From contig NMRA01000014.1 in the NCBI GenBank assembly GCA_002633005.1, positions 1,580,635 to 1,644,634 on the forward strand: DNA of 64,000 bases, given 5' to 3'. Below, one piece after another: positions 27,071 to 41,730 of this stretch. How positions within the stretch are numbered: the first letter of the stretch is position 1; each line of letters opens with the position of its first letter. The notes under the pieces are model-generated. The model was given only the letters and a program-made list of their open reading frames with translations, had not been told where the DNA came from and made no database searches. The position numbers were made by a program, and so were the translations under genes. This stretch comes from Phoronis australis (lineage: Eukaryota; Animalia; Phoronida).

Positions 27071-27950
27071 TCCCCAAACCGCATGACTGAGAATCTTTGA
27101 AATTGAAAGCATCGAGTTCAGGGTAATAGAAAAGGTATAAGGTTGCCAACCGCGCCTCTGAAGATCTGTCCGTTTCAATACAGGCAACACTGCTTATAAC
27201 TATTTAAACTATTGACGCACATATGCATTCAGTTATCCGGGTTATCTGCTACCTGACTGTTCAGTCTATATTAACTATATGCCAGTATCACTTATGAATA
27301 ACAATGCTGAGAGCGCCCGTTGAACTGGCAAAGTACTGTGAAACAATGTAGGTACTACCGAGCGTTCCTCATGTAAGGGAACCTGGGCAGCTTGCTATTC
27401 GTTATTAGTAGATTGGGTCTCGTTTTGGTGTATGTTGTTGTTTATGCTTTGAAAAACAAAAAAATAATATCCTTATATCTGCTTATAAGTGATGAGACGG
27501 TGCTTTTTACTCAGCTCAAACCAGATTCCCTGAATGATTCAGTGGCTCGATTAGCCATACAAATCTGGTTAGATGCATTTCGGTAATTTATTTACATCAG
27601 CAAGTATGTTAATATTATTGCCCGAATGAACTTAATAACGTACTAAACATCTAATTACTTCATTCTAATTATTAACACGTACATGCAATAAGTCATGCCT
27701 TGTTTAGGAAACTCAAATATTATACAAAACGGGCAGTGCATTCTACGACAGGAATAAACACCCTACTTCCACGCTTTAGTCAACCCCTTTCACTTCCGTT
27801 ACCAACATTACTGCGGTGTTAATGACATTGGTGCTGTCGACATGCTGACGTTTTACGTTAACCCCAGGGATCCGTTTTATCAGCGGTCATATGCCCTTGG
27901 CGTCACGTTATGACGCAGCGACGGCAGCAGCGGCTTCGGGCGACTGCAGC

Positions 27951-28059
<109 letters not shown>

Positions 28060-31000
28060 CGTAATAAACAACAGAAGCATTCACTGTCGCAGCAGAGGCT
28101 CGGCGGCGGAAGCGGCGGCAGCGGCAGCGGCGGCGGTAGTCACGCTCTAGCTCATGGTATACAAGCAATAACAGGACGATCATAGGCAGTTATGTAGTTA
28201 GGGCCACAGTGCGCTTATCCCAGAACAACACGTTCAAGTGGCATTTAACCTTCATGTCTTTTGTTAAAAACAACTTTGGTTTTGCTCAGTGACATCACTA
28301 TAAAATTGGCCTTATCTTGATCCTTAACTTAAGTTTAAAATTGGTTTCTGGGGTCGGAAGAACTCGACAATCCCTTTAGTCAAACAAGCAGCGTGACCTA
28401 AAATTTTCTGTTGTTAGTCTGACGAAGTAACGAGCTGACAGTTCATTTGAAGCCCTGAGATCAATTTAGTTTGGCTAAGGAGCAATTTGAAACCGACAGT
28501 ATAAAGGTTACTGGCTTATTTCAAAAGTCGATTTTTGACAGAAAGCATGGGTTCATGGCGCTTTAACACATGAAGGAAACAACGAGTAAAGTGCTGGTTA
28601 GTTAGTGAGTAAATAATACGCTAAACACGGTGAAATCAATGTACACATGCCCTGGTCATCGGCTGTTTTTTTTTTTGGAAAATTAATAGTTTTATATCAT
28701 TAAAGGTTTGAGAAAGCAACTGGCGGTGGTGGAGTTCGAAGTATATCCGTAATGGCAGAAAGACATCAGCATCACGCTAATATACAGAACGGAACAAATT
28801 TCCTAAACAGTTTCACGGTTTGTTTGTTTGCTAATTGAATTATACGACCTATTCAGTAAAGGAGTGTGTTAATTTGTAGACCAGGACTGTGTTTGTTATA
28901 GATCCTTTCTTCTGTGCAATGATAATGTCTTCTCAAATAGAGGGCGCTAGTGAAAGTACAAACATGTTCCACTTGAGAATCGGACTCTTTTAATGGCAGC
29001 TGGATTCAAATTTATAATTTTGCAATACTAGAATGGCAACGATTTTTTTAGTTTAATTGACAAATGTTGTGTTGATAAACTTTACCGATGGAGCACGCTT
29101 GGCTACAGCCAGGAGCAATACCAACCGGCTTTTTTGATGAAAAGATAAAAAGCGCACCTACGTATCTCATCACTAGGCTAATGCATTGCAGTCTTTCAAA
29201 ATTAAATACAAGATGCCTAGGTATAATTCAGTCAAGGTTTTCCCATCTTCAGACACGTCACTGCAAGAAGCATTTTTTCACCGATTGCTCCGTGCGTGGC
29301 TTAATTCCCCTTCTCCACCGCGGCGATGATTTTCATATATGGTAACTAGCCGTGGGCTCATGACTCACACTGTAGGACTCGTGTTCACTGCACTAGGTCT
29401 CTGTAAGTTCAAGCTCTGTAAACAGAGCTGGTGGCCAGGTGACGGGCATCACGTGACCAATGAATTATGAGTCAACTAATTAAATAAGTATGAAAATAAA
29501 TGAATAAATAGCACTAAATGAACTGTGGGAAAAAGTTGTCAAAACGATGTTACCAAACGTTTGAAATAGACAGCAATGGGTGTCTTGATCGTGCACAACT
29601 GCTTCGTGTTAAGTCAACGAAAATCATGTTTTTTGTTCTTTTATACAGTTTTTACTTTCGTGAGTTATTTGCTAGCGTCGACTTTTGATGTGTAGTAGTT
29701 TTCATGCGTTGGTCCTAAACGTTTACCAGCGTTCCTCTTGCACAACGTAAACTGAACATCTCCTGGATGTGGCGTAACTCAGTAATTAACCGTAGCCCTT
29801 GTATAAACTGACTGTCATGTACAAGGATTTAGTTTGAGTATGTTTAAATCTATACATGATGAATGTATGTTTACATTGGCTCAGGGTGGCATGTTACAAC
29901 GTCTTTTTGAAATAACAAATAATTGCTCGCTGTCTACCTAATTTTATCCTTCGTGGGCCCGATACGTACACGCTAGGTTGGCGTTCTCACATCTACCACT
30001 CTATGGCTCTTTCGTCTCATCAGTGTTTTAAGCCAGTGTCTTTTTCGAAAGTGAGCACACAAAGAAAGTTATCATCACAACGAAATCAAAAAGCATGACT
30101 ATTTATCCCCTTCCTGACATGGGTATCTACCCCTCACTTATTAAACTCGTCTAGAAAATGTACTTTAAAGTGTATTTGATGAATAAATAAATACCGCTAA
30201 TGAAAATATCACCAATCATGCATTGCAAGTAGCCAGATTTTTACTGCGTTGGTGTTTTATAACTTGCAGTCAAAATTAGTGTCAGGGTTATGAAAGAAAA
30301 GGAGACATAAGACGTCAGTAATCGAAGCCTCCCAGATAAAAAGCTACACGGTATGCTCTGGACATTCAATATTCATTGGTAACGTGAGGCTAACAGTAGA
30401 TTGTAAAGCATAGGCGAAAAAAGTCTGTTTGAGATGACTTTTCATCCGCGTAACTTCTTCAACTATGGTAAAGCGGAAAATATCAATTAGTAAAGATTTA
30501 AACAGAAATACAAACAAATGAATTCAGCTACTATGTGCACAAAAACTGAGCAGCAAGAAACCGCAACTTAGAAAGTATGTCAAAGACAGATTATCTGAGC
30601 TAACTGAGAAGCACAGAGTTCCTAGATATGAGCAAGGTGTAACTGACAATGTCGTCTGCTTGCACTCGTCACATGCCCCACCCGTATACCATATCGTCCT
30701 ACTTCACTCCATGACACCCCTCTTTGTACCATTGCATACAAGGGTGCAAATAGAATAGTCCAATATACGTACTTATACATAGGCCTATGAAGGTATATGT
30801 GGGCACAACAGGACACGGCTCTGTTGTTCACTGGAAAAAGTACCCCCCCCCTCCTATAGCACCGATTAGCTTGCGTTTGCTTCGTCCCGTGTTGAACACG
30901 CCAATGCGCACTCACAAGCGACGGAGATTAGATACTGACTAACTACTAGACAAGAGTTGCGGACTTCACGTGATGTGATGAGCACTTAGACACACGTATT

Positions 31001-34000
31001 AAGACACCCGGATGTAATGAACATTTAGGACAGACATGTTAAGAATACGGAAAGTAAAACAACCAAAGAACAGTGCGTAGAATATCGATAAGGAAATAAT
31101 CTATACAAAGGTTAGTAAAGCCAAAATCTTTGGTAAAGCTAGTTTTGTGAACGTTTCTATTTGCTTAACATATGTCATCAACTGAGCGTGATCTTCTTAA
31201 GTAAACATTTCAAAAATGTTTATTTGACAATATTAATAACGATAAGCTGTTAAACGGATTTACTAAGCACGTGATCGTCTCATTTGTTGACTAAGCTCAG
31301 TTAGTTCGAATACACTTCAGTCAATGTCTGTATGTATTGAAGCGACCCCTACAGGATGTTTTCCACGTTTAGTCGACATTTTTCAGAAACACCTTCAGAC
31401 GCATTCATTTTCATCGCGGTATTCTTCTAAGTTATCAGAGTTGTGGTTTGTGGAAGTGTATAAAAAAGAAATTATCCAAACTATGTCATTGTTCAACGCG
31501 CAACCCATGTGGCTATCAGGGGCGGTTGCTGTATGTTGCTGTAGGTTCACGAGACGGATGGCCAAAAATTTATTTCATCATCTACAAGACGGAATGGCTA
31601 CATGGAATCATTTAGAACTTTCAGATACTAAATGCTTTATCCATTGCTGTCCAAAACTTCGTTAGGAATTATTTTCAAAATGTTCTACTTTTGCATGAAA
31701 ACGACTTTCAAAAATAGGGAATTTATGATTTTTATGAAAAATTGAGAAAACTGTAACAACGCTTTATGATTAATTTAAGTAAAAAGACAGAGTCATGTGA
31801 AGGAAGTATTGACAGATTGGTATAAAGTGAAAATCTTTCTACCTTCAGAAAAAGTAAAATTACACTGATTAAAAATCTGTATTTTTTGTAGACATTTTTT
31901 TTGTCTATAACTCATTTTGCGCAAAATAGATACAAAAGATAATTTTGATCCCGTGTTTCAGAAATTCAGGGTAGCTACCAAGCTGAACCTAGTGACGCCT
32001 ATTGACAACTAATGAAGGCAGAATCACAACAGACTGAAGTCGGCGATGTTTGCAAGCCATTCACTTCCGAAAACACTTAACAGAATCAGGTCTGTTCCGG
32101 ACTATTTGTTCAAACTCAGAACTTTATTCGAAAACCGAAGCGTTTACATTTGCTCTGCTGGTAAAATATCGATTGAGAGTTTCTATGATCGTCATACGTA
32201 ACGCAGAACTTTTATCTAACTTGACATAGGCCTACGTTAACCTCGAGTCATTGTAGTGAACTTCATACAAATTTTTATTTTGTTTCCGTGTACTTAGGGA
32301 CGTTTTCTTTGCTAAACAACTTCATCCAATATTAATCCCCGTTTTTTAAAGCGTTTTACTCTACTTTGATGGTCAATAAGTAAAAAAAGCAGGAATAGAC
32401 CGCCGAACAGTGTAATACATTGCAGGCACTGTGACCCGCTCCCCCACAGCACCCTTACTAGACACACACACACACCATTTCAGGTAGGTGCATACAAACG
32501 GTTACACAAGCAGTCATTGCAGACTTACAATTTCAAATTATTATTAAATAATGTTTGAGCACGATCCGCAGCAAATGAGTTTCGATTTTGTTTCTTCATT
32601 TCCAAGTAAGTCATATACATGTCCACTCCATCTGAAAAAACTGTTTCCTGCGTGTTTTCTGCAAAGGCCTTTGTGGGTTCGAAAGCAGTAAAAATTGTCA
32701 ATTGCGTTAATATTCAGTTCCCATGCTAGAGCGGCGTCCATTGACAGAGTTTCTAATCTTGTCAGTAGATTTTGAAAAATGGTGAAAGACAGAACGTTCT
32801 TCAGTTGCAAGAACACCGAACGACTGGCTGTTCTCCCTGAGCAATTGTCCCAAGCAGTTTACGGTATATCCCCAGGTGGCTTCAAAGAGCTTGCCTAACT
32901 TGGTTCAACATAGGCGGCGGCACATGTTTTTAAGTAGGGTTATATGTGTAAGAGTAGGAGCAGTGAATTATTTGTGACATTTTATCACAAAAACAAAAAT
33001 AAAGCTGAACACTTACTTATCAAATAGTTTGGCGTTACTAACAATCTCTCTCAATATAATAATAATATAATGACAAACGGGCGGAAGTTTTGTGATACGG
33101 ACTTAATTCGCGGTAAACCAGTAAATTTGAATTTCTCAAAGAAGAAAATTCTCGTCTTAGATTATTCATATGACCTAAACCTATTTCATAATCCCTACAA
33201 CAAAACATAATCGCCATATATAGGGAAATACAGAGGGCAACCACCGTGATCTTGAATGTGACGCACATTTGAGACGCTCGAGTTGACTTCGCACTATTTC
33301 AGATAAAATAGTTCAAAAACAAAGTTGGTGGCCCTTAACTTTTTATATTTCATAGGAAACGCGAGCTGTGTCAAAGCAAAACACCAAAGAAAAATGACGT
33401 TGCGACTATTTGTGTAGAAGTCAAGTTGAAAACGCTTAACTTTGAGGTACTCAAAATCCAGAAGAAAAAATACTTTACACTGACATATGGAAATCAGTAC
33501 ACCTGGAAATGTGCTTAAAGCCGCAAAACATAAAACTCACATTGTACAACGAAATTAATCCATTTTTAAAAGTATTTCAACCATTATTGTTATTAGGGAT
33601 GACTTTTCAGTTGCCCATGTAAATTTCGCATTTCTGCCGCACGTGCATCTGGTAAGACGACTGTGACGGAAAAACCAATTCGGTGACTCCGCTTTTGCAT
33701 ATAATTGTCCAAAACATAGACTATTAAGGTTTTAAAAAGTTCAACGGTAAACTAAAACTGTGTCGAACAGCCTTAATAGATCTAAGTTCGTACGTACGCA
33801 CTCAAAATGTCAAATTTGACGGAATAATACGGATTTGGATGTTGGAGCAAATTATCGAGTGCATAGGTTGAAATTAAGCGATCATTCGTTGTCTGAGCTT
33901 GCGTGTTTTGAAAGTATTAAGAAGGAAATGTAATTTGTGTTGCACTCCCTTTGCCACCGGGAACCCTTAACTGATACGGTCCCCGGGGACAGTGACCCCC

Positions 34001-36732
34001 CTGGTCCTCAGTCTCTGTGTCACTGATAGCAATTGCAGAGCCATAGCTATTGATCCCACACTGCATATCGAAGTGATCATTAATATATGTGCAAGGATCA
34101 TTACAGGTGTTTATGAGCATAAACTACGAACAAATGTCAATGTTATACTTAAAAACGTACCCGCATATGCATGCTAAAGAATCTATAATATGAGGGGATT
34201 TCCCTCAACTGTTTATTTACATCGACCGCTGCCGTAAGATACTTGCACAATGTGAAAAATGGCTAATTAAGCAAACAGACTTAAGATTACAAAAGAACAC
34301 CTAAAACTCAGAGCCTTGATCTAATGACGATTGATAATCATTTTCCTAACAAGCTAACAGACTCGCAATCTATTTGCCTAGTTATACATATTTTATGAAT
34401 ATTTTGAAACCACTCAAACTATTTGGATCGATTTAGAGACCTTACATTACAGCTGCGATTGTTTTCTCAACACGCCAATAACGTCAACGCCTGGTGCTTA
34501 TTTAATCAGCCTCCCTATTGATTTCCCGCGCTTTTTGTAAGGTGGGGCAGCTAACAGCTTTAGTTTTCATTTGGCCAGTCGAGTTAGTGAATAATGACTC
34601 GAGCAATCAATACAGACAATAGAACTCTCAAGTCAAACTGTGATATTTGCAACACATCCTAATGTGTAAAACATACATACGAAGACCGAGCACAAAAGTT
34701 TTTTTTTAATCACTCCAACCAGCAACAAAAACGTATTTGCACAATCCACACATTTACAAACCAGACTTCCTATTTGTACAAAATGGTCCCCTCGTGTAAT
34801 TAATCTTTGAAATAAGAATTGCAGACATTGTAGCACCACTGTCATCGAATTACGTCGGATACGGGGTTGCAATAGACCTTCGAAGAAAAAATGTGTTACG
34901 TAATTTTAGTTGCTATGGCGGTTTGTACAAGTCTGTCTTCGGGTATCTTGACCGGATGAAACAATAGAGGGCTCTCCTCCTCCTCCTCAGAAAACGGTCT
35001 ACGGCCAGGGAAGTGATGCAACTAAATGCAGTCGAAGGGACAAGAGCGCTTCCAGCTGTAAGCCACCAAGAGAAGGGATTGATATCACTTGGGATGACCT
35101 CGCAACAGGGACATGGGAGACGCGACACACGGTGTTAAAAAACAAATGGAATATGACACTAAGGACTGATACAGACGATTGTTGTACGATTGTTGACTTT
35201 CTTCAGTGATATCATACGTGATGTTAGGTTCTTTAATTCTATAATTACTCATATAAGTACGAGTTGTCCTTTTTACTTCGCGCCAGGTTGTTTCCCGAAC
35301 TACAACTGTTTGCGCTTCAGCTGACTCCACAAACTGTCGACAGCTGGTGCAAATTGACGCATCGAATTATTGAGACGGTTAGTGCTCCAAAGATCTCACA
35401 AAATATTTGAATTTTAGGATTATGAAAGTTGTTTAACAGGGCACTATTCTTATTCAACAAAATTAAAGCCTCCATGTAACTGAATTAAAGTGGTTGCCGA
35501 ATTTACGAAACTGTAAAGCTGACAGAGGTCGACTTATTTTCCCATTGAGGATGACATCTTCACTGATGAGAAAAGGCTGCCTTTCAAATGGGCCCCGAAG
35601 TAACATTATTGCTTTGCACTATTTTGTCGGAAGCTGCACTTGTCCAGGCCATGTTCGCAGAATGGGAGGAAATCATTAATTTATGACGGCTTACGAGGAC
35701 GCACTTCTCCTATCGGAAGTTGCCTTCATTGTCACGATCGCTTGAGCAAATTCCACTGTACAAAACGCACTTTTGTCGAGTTTAGCAGAAATGGCCCACT
35801 AACCGGTTCATTTCACAAACCCTTCCCCCGTCATATATCAGTGAGCACCAGGTTCTATGACGTAACACAGTACGAAACGTTTTGTTGCTCATTGTAATTC
35901 CAGATACCTCACCTTCCGTGTCACCCTCATGAAGCATCAGGTGCATAGCAAGGTTGCTCATCACCGTCAGATGTCACCAGATGAAAACTTTTGCCCTCAC
36001 TAGGATGACCTTTCCCTCATCTCAGAACTCATAATAACAGTACGATTCCTCACTACCTAAGCAGTGTTCGTTCATTGAAATTGACGCAGTAACACTTGCA
36101 GTGTATAGGCTACACTCATTGTAACTTATGTCATATTTACGCGTAGACTTCAGAAAACACAAGTAAAACAAAAATATAATGAAAACGCCGAGTTTAGCAA
36201 GTCTATGAAAAAGCAAGTTTTGATTAAGGCCACTTACCGCTATAAAATTTACATTCTCTTGTTCCATACTTGGTTTAGAGGAACTCATCGACAGTTAGTT
36301 GTTTCTTAAAACCAAGCTCATAAAAAACTCCCGGTAACATCTATTTTGACTAAGCAACAAATGAAGACCAACTTCATAACTGTATGTTACCTATATAAAA
36401 CTTGATTTTGACTGAAGGCATGTGTTTAATGTCGCTTTAATTAGGCTGCAAAATTTCATGATTTGATTTTTGCCATCTGATTTTACGTCTGGAACGCAAT
36501 GCCCTCTTTTTGTAATCTTTTTTATTCCACTGACGCTCATCATATCACGTTTCTTAATATCCTTAGAATTAATTTTAAAAATAGCCAGAATATAAACGGC
36601 GCCCAATGTGTAGCCACAATCTACAGGCACTGCGGAAGTGGATACAGTGAACCACGTGATTCCTAACTGCACCGAGTTCCCTAAGATCGATCTTGATTCG
36701 ACATCATCAGATAGTCCCCTTCAATGACTTAC

Positions 36733-36830
36733 CCGCCTAACCCGTGAAATCCGCCTCGTCTGTGATGATGGTGATAATAGCGACGGTCAAAAACATGGAA
36801 ATTGTCTCCCGGTCTCCAGTGGCCGTGCAT
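36733..36830 (-). CDS. Candidate innexin variable first coding exon V2 (His-rich)
   Basis: gctATG start; 32 codons + 2 nt: MHGHWRPGDNFHVFDRRYYHHHHRRGGFHGLG-GG|GTAAGT. Phase 2, in frame with the innexin exon. Shares H[WY]xPxDxxH[VI]F...RYxH...GF.G[LI]G with V3. Confidence 0.68.
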
Positions 36831-36954
36831 AGCTTTTGAACCAGAGAACTCGCATATAGAACGTCTTCAGTCTTTTAACATTTTAATGGTTACAATTCTG
36901 CTATTTGCTAACCACGTATTGCCTTTTCTCAGTTGTACTCTTGTAACATGCGGG

Positions 36955-37080
36955 AAGTGATCTGCGCATTACGGCGACCTTGTGGCTGGTTTTATAACTC
37001 ATCGATTTCATCCCTTCTCAATATAACAGGTCCACGCGTAACAGTGAAATAAAAGAAAAACTTTTAACCGCCATTGGCTG
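36955..37080 (-). promoter_or_regulatory. Pol II promoter candidate for V2
   Basis: AGCCAATGG (CCAAT 37077-37073), TATAAAA (36996-36990), Inr-like TCACTT (36960-36955). CCAAT-to-TATA spacing is within 1 nt of that at the V1 promoter. Confidence 0.6.
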
Positions 37081-38532
37081 AGATTGAGGACAATTGCTGT
37101 ACACGTGACTTTATTCTTTGTTGCGGTTGGTCGATAGAGAATCTTGGAGCAGGTAATTAGCCATGAGGGGCAATTGTACACTGAAACAGCCGTCAACGTA
37201 CTAATAACAATTATACACTTATTGAGAGCTTTGTGGGCCACGTTGTGTATACATAAATAATACATGAATGACTAGAAATTTTTCAATTAGCGAACTGTTA
37301 CGCAGAGATACAAATAGCTTTAAAATTGGCGTTTGGAACCATCAGGACGCGAACGCTGACTTTTTCGTTTAATTTCGCTTTTATTTTATCCCGGCTCAGT
37401 TATCCTGCCACAATCTCCACTGGCATCACATAATGTTCTCTATTATGAAAACAAAACGGAAAAGTTCGCGATAGATGTTAGCCAATACTCAGCCCTGTTT
37501 AAGGGTTAGTTTACCGACTAGATAGATGTCAGAAAATTTTTACATGAGGTTTTGGCAATGTTTGGTTCAGTGGACGTCTGGATTTCACACACACGCTTTC
37601 CTGGTATACACGTACTGTCATACTCGTGAAAATTTATAGTTTTTACTGTGATGTGACTACATGTATCAGTGACACAAGGTAACTTTACTTGTATAAGACG
37701 ATTTTCTTCGCGTTTTAAGCAATTCACGTGAAAAGCGTTTGTTCAAACCCCGACTCTCACGTTCTACGTTACGTCGAAGCTGTAAACCATGTACAGGGGC
37801 TGACTTATCACTGAAGGAACACTGTGCTTATCACTTCCTCTTTGCAGATATTCTACACTTTCGTGAACAGCTTGTTTGCGAGGGAACATTTCTCTCACCA
37901 GAAATTGCGCTCGTTGAACGACAGAAAGTGATGTGAGTGTGAAAAGTACGAGATCCCGACGGCCGAGCGAATAGGCCCATGCTAAAATAGCGCAGCACAA
38001 CTTCCAATACATGGTAATATCTCGTAAAGATTTTTGCGCGATCTAATTTTCGCGGCCCAGTTTCCAGTGACACCGATAGATAGCGTTACCGCCGTAGTCA
38101 GACACAAAAAATTCACCTCTTATGCCCCAGTAACAAAAAGTCTCCAACCTCAATCCTATGTGAGTGTGCCACCAAAATAGCCATATGGACCGACAGTGGG
38201 GGTGATGATCTGGAGATTATCGGCATCAAAAATTAGCAATCGCCGCTTTGCGCAACCAGGGCGATTTTCTTAATCGTTCAATCATCTACACATGTTAAAG
38301 GTACCGTATCGCGCGGCAAAAAGAAAGTTTTCTGAAATGAGCAGCTACTGTACCCCCGCAGTCACAGTCTAACGTTCTGCCGCTGACTCAGAGCAAAAAT
38401 CCGCTCGTTAAATGACACCAAACATTCAGAATGTGAATGTGAACATAAGCACGGAAGTCTAATAATTTTTCACAGTACAACCCAATTATCGATATTTGAT
38501 ATAACCATTCGAAAATTCTTAGAAAACCGTGG

Positions 38533-38720
38533 CAGAGGCGGATTTAGGATATCATAAGGGTGCCCAACATTTTGTCTCGTAGATAATAGCGCAAAGCGCA
38601 ATAGTAGAGGCGCGTAGTGCCGAATGGGGAAGGTCGGGAGGGGTTCCTCGCTTCCGCCCAGACGAAAATTTTATTTTTGCCCCTGCAAACAAGCATTTCC
38701 TTGATTTCTGAAGTATAATC
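38533..38720. mobile_element. hAT-type MITE relic (5' part)
   Basis: Begins CAGAGGCGGATTTAGG, like the 21987 and 23891 elements; the other end was not identified. Confidence 0.35.
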
Positions 38721-41124
38721 AGCTCTCGACGGCTCTACTATGGTCAGGTGATTAAAAAATTGGAAAAATTGTAAAATTTCAAGCATTCAATCGCACAACC
38801 TAGTAATCAGAGCGCGCGTGCTCTTCGATTGCGCCACCAAGCTTCCAACTACAATACTTTGCTAAAGACGTATTGCTAAAAACTATATGTGCCTGTCTAT
38901 GGTCCACGACGTTCGCGCGCGAACCTGCTTCTTTCCGTTATGTTTATTTCACGCTTTGTAATTTGTGCAACCAGTTCGTAGCAAAAGTTGTGTTTAAAAC
39001 GGTCTTCAGTTGCCCCATTGTTCGTGTTGGCATGAACCACGCGCTTGCTTTGCAAATCGTCTCAATTTTAATGTTTGACAAAGAGAGAATTATGAGTTTC
39101 TGATTCACTGAGGCTTTGATTAAAATTAACATGTTACCAGCAGCTCCTGTTACTTCATCGTCACTCAGCTTCCGTTTTCTCTAAAAAAAGTGAAGTAATT
39201 TTCTTCATTGCAAAGTCGAGCAGACGACGAAGCGGATTGGTAGTGCACAGCGCCACTACCGGTCGCTTGATATATCGTGACCGGGAGCGGCATTAATTAG
39301 CCCTAGTTACCGTTACGATAGCACCGGTTCTCTGAATCCGGTGTGAAATTGGGTCTGAGCCCGCCCCTCCCCACACGTGCACACGAACTATAACTCCACA
39401 CATTGTCAAATTTGTTTCGGCCGTATAATGTTACAGTAATTACTAGGGTTAATTAATAAACTCAATATTTCCTCACACTTTTGCTACTTTATTTTTTTGG
39501 GGGCCGCCAAGGGGGGGAGGTCCCCTGGGCCCCCTACACTTTATTTGGTGGCCGCCAAGGGGGGGTTTAAAGCCACCTATGCGGTCACGGTGATCGTGAT
39601 GTCGTTTTCGAGGTTAAACGTCTAAGATTTTGAGGGAAACGATGGAGACCGACTGAAGCCAATTGAAACTACTAATATGCGTAGTGCCCATGTTACTCCG
39701 GCGAGATCAAATTGTACATTAGGTAATTAATACCAACTAATGTAATTCTACACACTGGCAATTCGAAAATATAAACTGAAAACTCAAACATACCCACATA
39801 TGGGTATTTAGTATTACGAATGTCAATAGCAATCACTCTCCAACATGCTTGCCGGGAATTTAGACAAAGCCCGTATTTACCAAAATATTGAGAAACCAAA
39901 TCCCTAATCGGTTTCCCACAACGTATTCATGATCTCCACATTATTGTCATCTCTGGCTCAACAGTAATCACCTCTATTTGTGACCCAATGCCAGATCTCG
40001 GGCACTCCAGCGAATCTTTCACCGGAGAATTCAGTAGGATAACAGCTGTGCACATGTAATATACAAATAATTAACATCGAAACGCTGATTCCATTACAAA
40101 AATGTCCACATCAAGTTCTTTTCGTTTTCCAGCCTTAAATTGATTGTAATTTTGAAATTTCCGAGCTAATCCTAATTATGAAAAGTGAAACACAGTCTGA
40201 TAAAAATGATATATTTCTGTTAAGCTTCTCCTGCTTTCGCAGGTTGTCAGCTAGAAAAAGCTACGCTTGTTAATGACACGCACTGTTGCCTTTAATCATC
40301 TCACGAGAGCTACCTGAGCCTTGTGGAAGGGGAATTTTCCCATGAGGTGAATCTCCTATCGCCACGTCTTATAAGTCATTGCCTACAGTTTTGATTACTT
40401 TAATGTCTTCAAAGAGTTGGTTTTAGTTTTTGGATTACTACGCCCACCTCTATAACCCCATGGAAGATCTTTATAGGAATCGATGGTGTGCACAAAAATC
40501 AACAAACCAACAGATGAGTTAATGTTTTGGAAAATTTGATTATTGCTGCTGTGTCACCTAGTGAAAATTGTAGTTATTAGTCAGGGGACCACTACGGCGG
40601 CTCGACTTATTAGTCTCATCAGGCCCTCTGGCGGCTGTATACGAAATAAAGTGACATTATCGGCGAGAAAAGTGATTTTCTGAGATCAGCCGCAACGCAG
40701 GATCAAATTCACATCCTAAGCGGTCGCCGGTCCATCACTCTGATGGGAATGACAGGTAACCCTTACTCGAACGCTGGAATTGAATTTTAATCGTGTGTAA
40801 GTAGCAACGTCGCCGACGGGGATTTTTCAATGAATCACAGACAGCAATGAGAATACGCCATGTGCAATTAAATCCCATGAAGACACCGTATTTTGTTGTT
40901 TTATAGTTCTGGTCAAAGTCAATAACCTCAAGAAGCCTAACAACGACCTCAAAAATGCTTTTTTATGTCGCAAAGTTGATAACGTCCCATTATATGACAA
41001 GGTCGAGAATAAAAATCCCCATATCTAGTTCCCAACTCATTTACAGTCCACCGAGCTGAGAATGTTAAAAAATGACTAGGATGCGCCTCTTTGAAGCATG
41101 GTTTTACTCAAAGGCTTCGCGTTT

Positions 41125-41185
41125 AGGGGCATGCGCATAAATGCGTGAGTGCGCGGTAACCGGAAGTGTTAGTCCATCTTTGAAC
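41125..41185 (+). promoter_or_regulatory. Cluster of housekeeping-type promoter motifs
   Basis: NRF1-like GCATGCGCA, ETS CCGGAAGT and YY1-like CCATCTT within 60 bp. Confidence 0.35.
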
Positions 41186-41672
41186 TATCAGGAATAATGT
41201 ATTCTTTTTATGTGTAACTCATACTAGCCACTCTTTGGTCACTTATCAACAATGACTCAATGAAATTTAAGGAAACCAACATAACACGCACGCATGACCA
41301 GTCCAAACCGAAATCAGGAGCACAAGACGGATATTCGGTAAGGGAGATTCCATTGGTAACGACATACTGCAGATGAGGAGTGTTTTAGTTGTGAACCTAA
41401 ATTGTACTGCGTCCAGTGGTAAAGCGTTCACGTATTGCATCGTTGTTAAAAAAAATAAAAAAATAGAAAATAAAGACCTTTAAGTACACGCACAAATAGG
41501 TCTAGCCCACTTAAATGATTTTAATTGAAATAAAACGATATAGATAGTCAGACAGGATGGTGTGCTTAAATAACACAATACCTGCATTTGACATTACGAC
41601 ACGTATAATAGTTATTTACGTTGGATGTCAGAGGCAGCTGTGAATGCAGACGTGTTACTCAATCATGCTCTT

Positions 41673-41730
41673 GTCAGTGGCCAAGTGGTCTAAGCACAGA
41701 TTGAAGACCTCACGTGCGTATGTTTAAAGC
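41673..41730 (+). repeat. Possible decayed tRNA-derived SINE head
   Basis: A-box-like TGGCCAAGTGG followed by TCTAAG; B box degenerate; no cloverleaf. Confidence 0.25.

Noticed and set aside
34900-35025. Frame reading LHHFPGRRPFSEEEEES... resembling V1 FLSEEES
   Set aside because: No ATG, upstream stops, weak donor (GTAACA), and the similarity rests on a GAG repeat.
35560-35600. CTGATGA followed by a hairpin, hammerhead-like
   Set aside because: Lacks the GAAA core and helices I and III.
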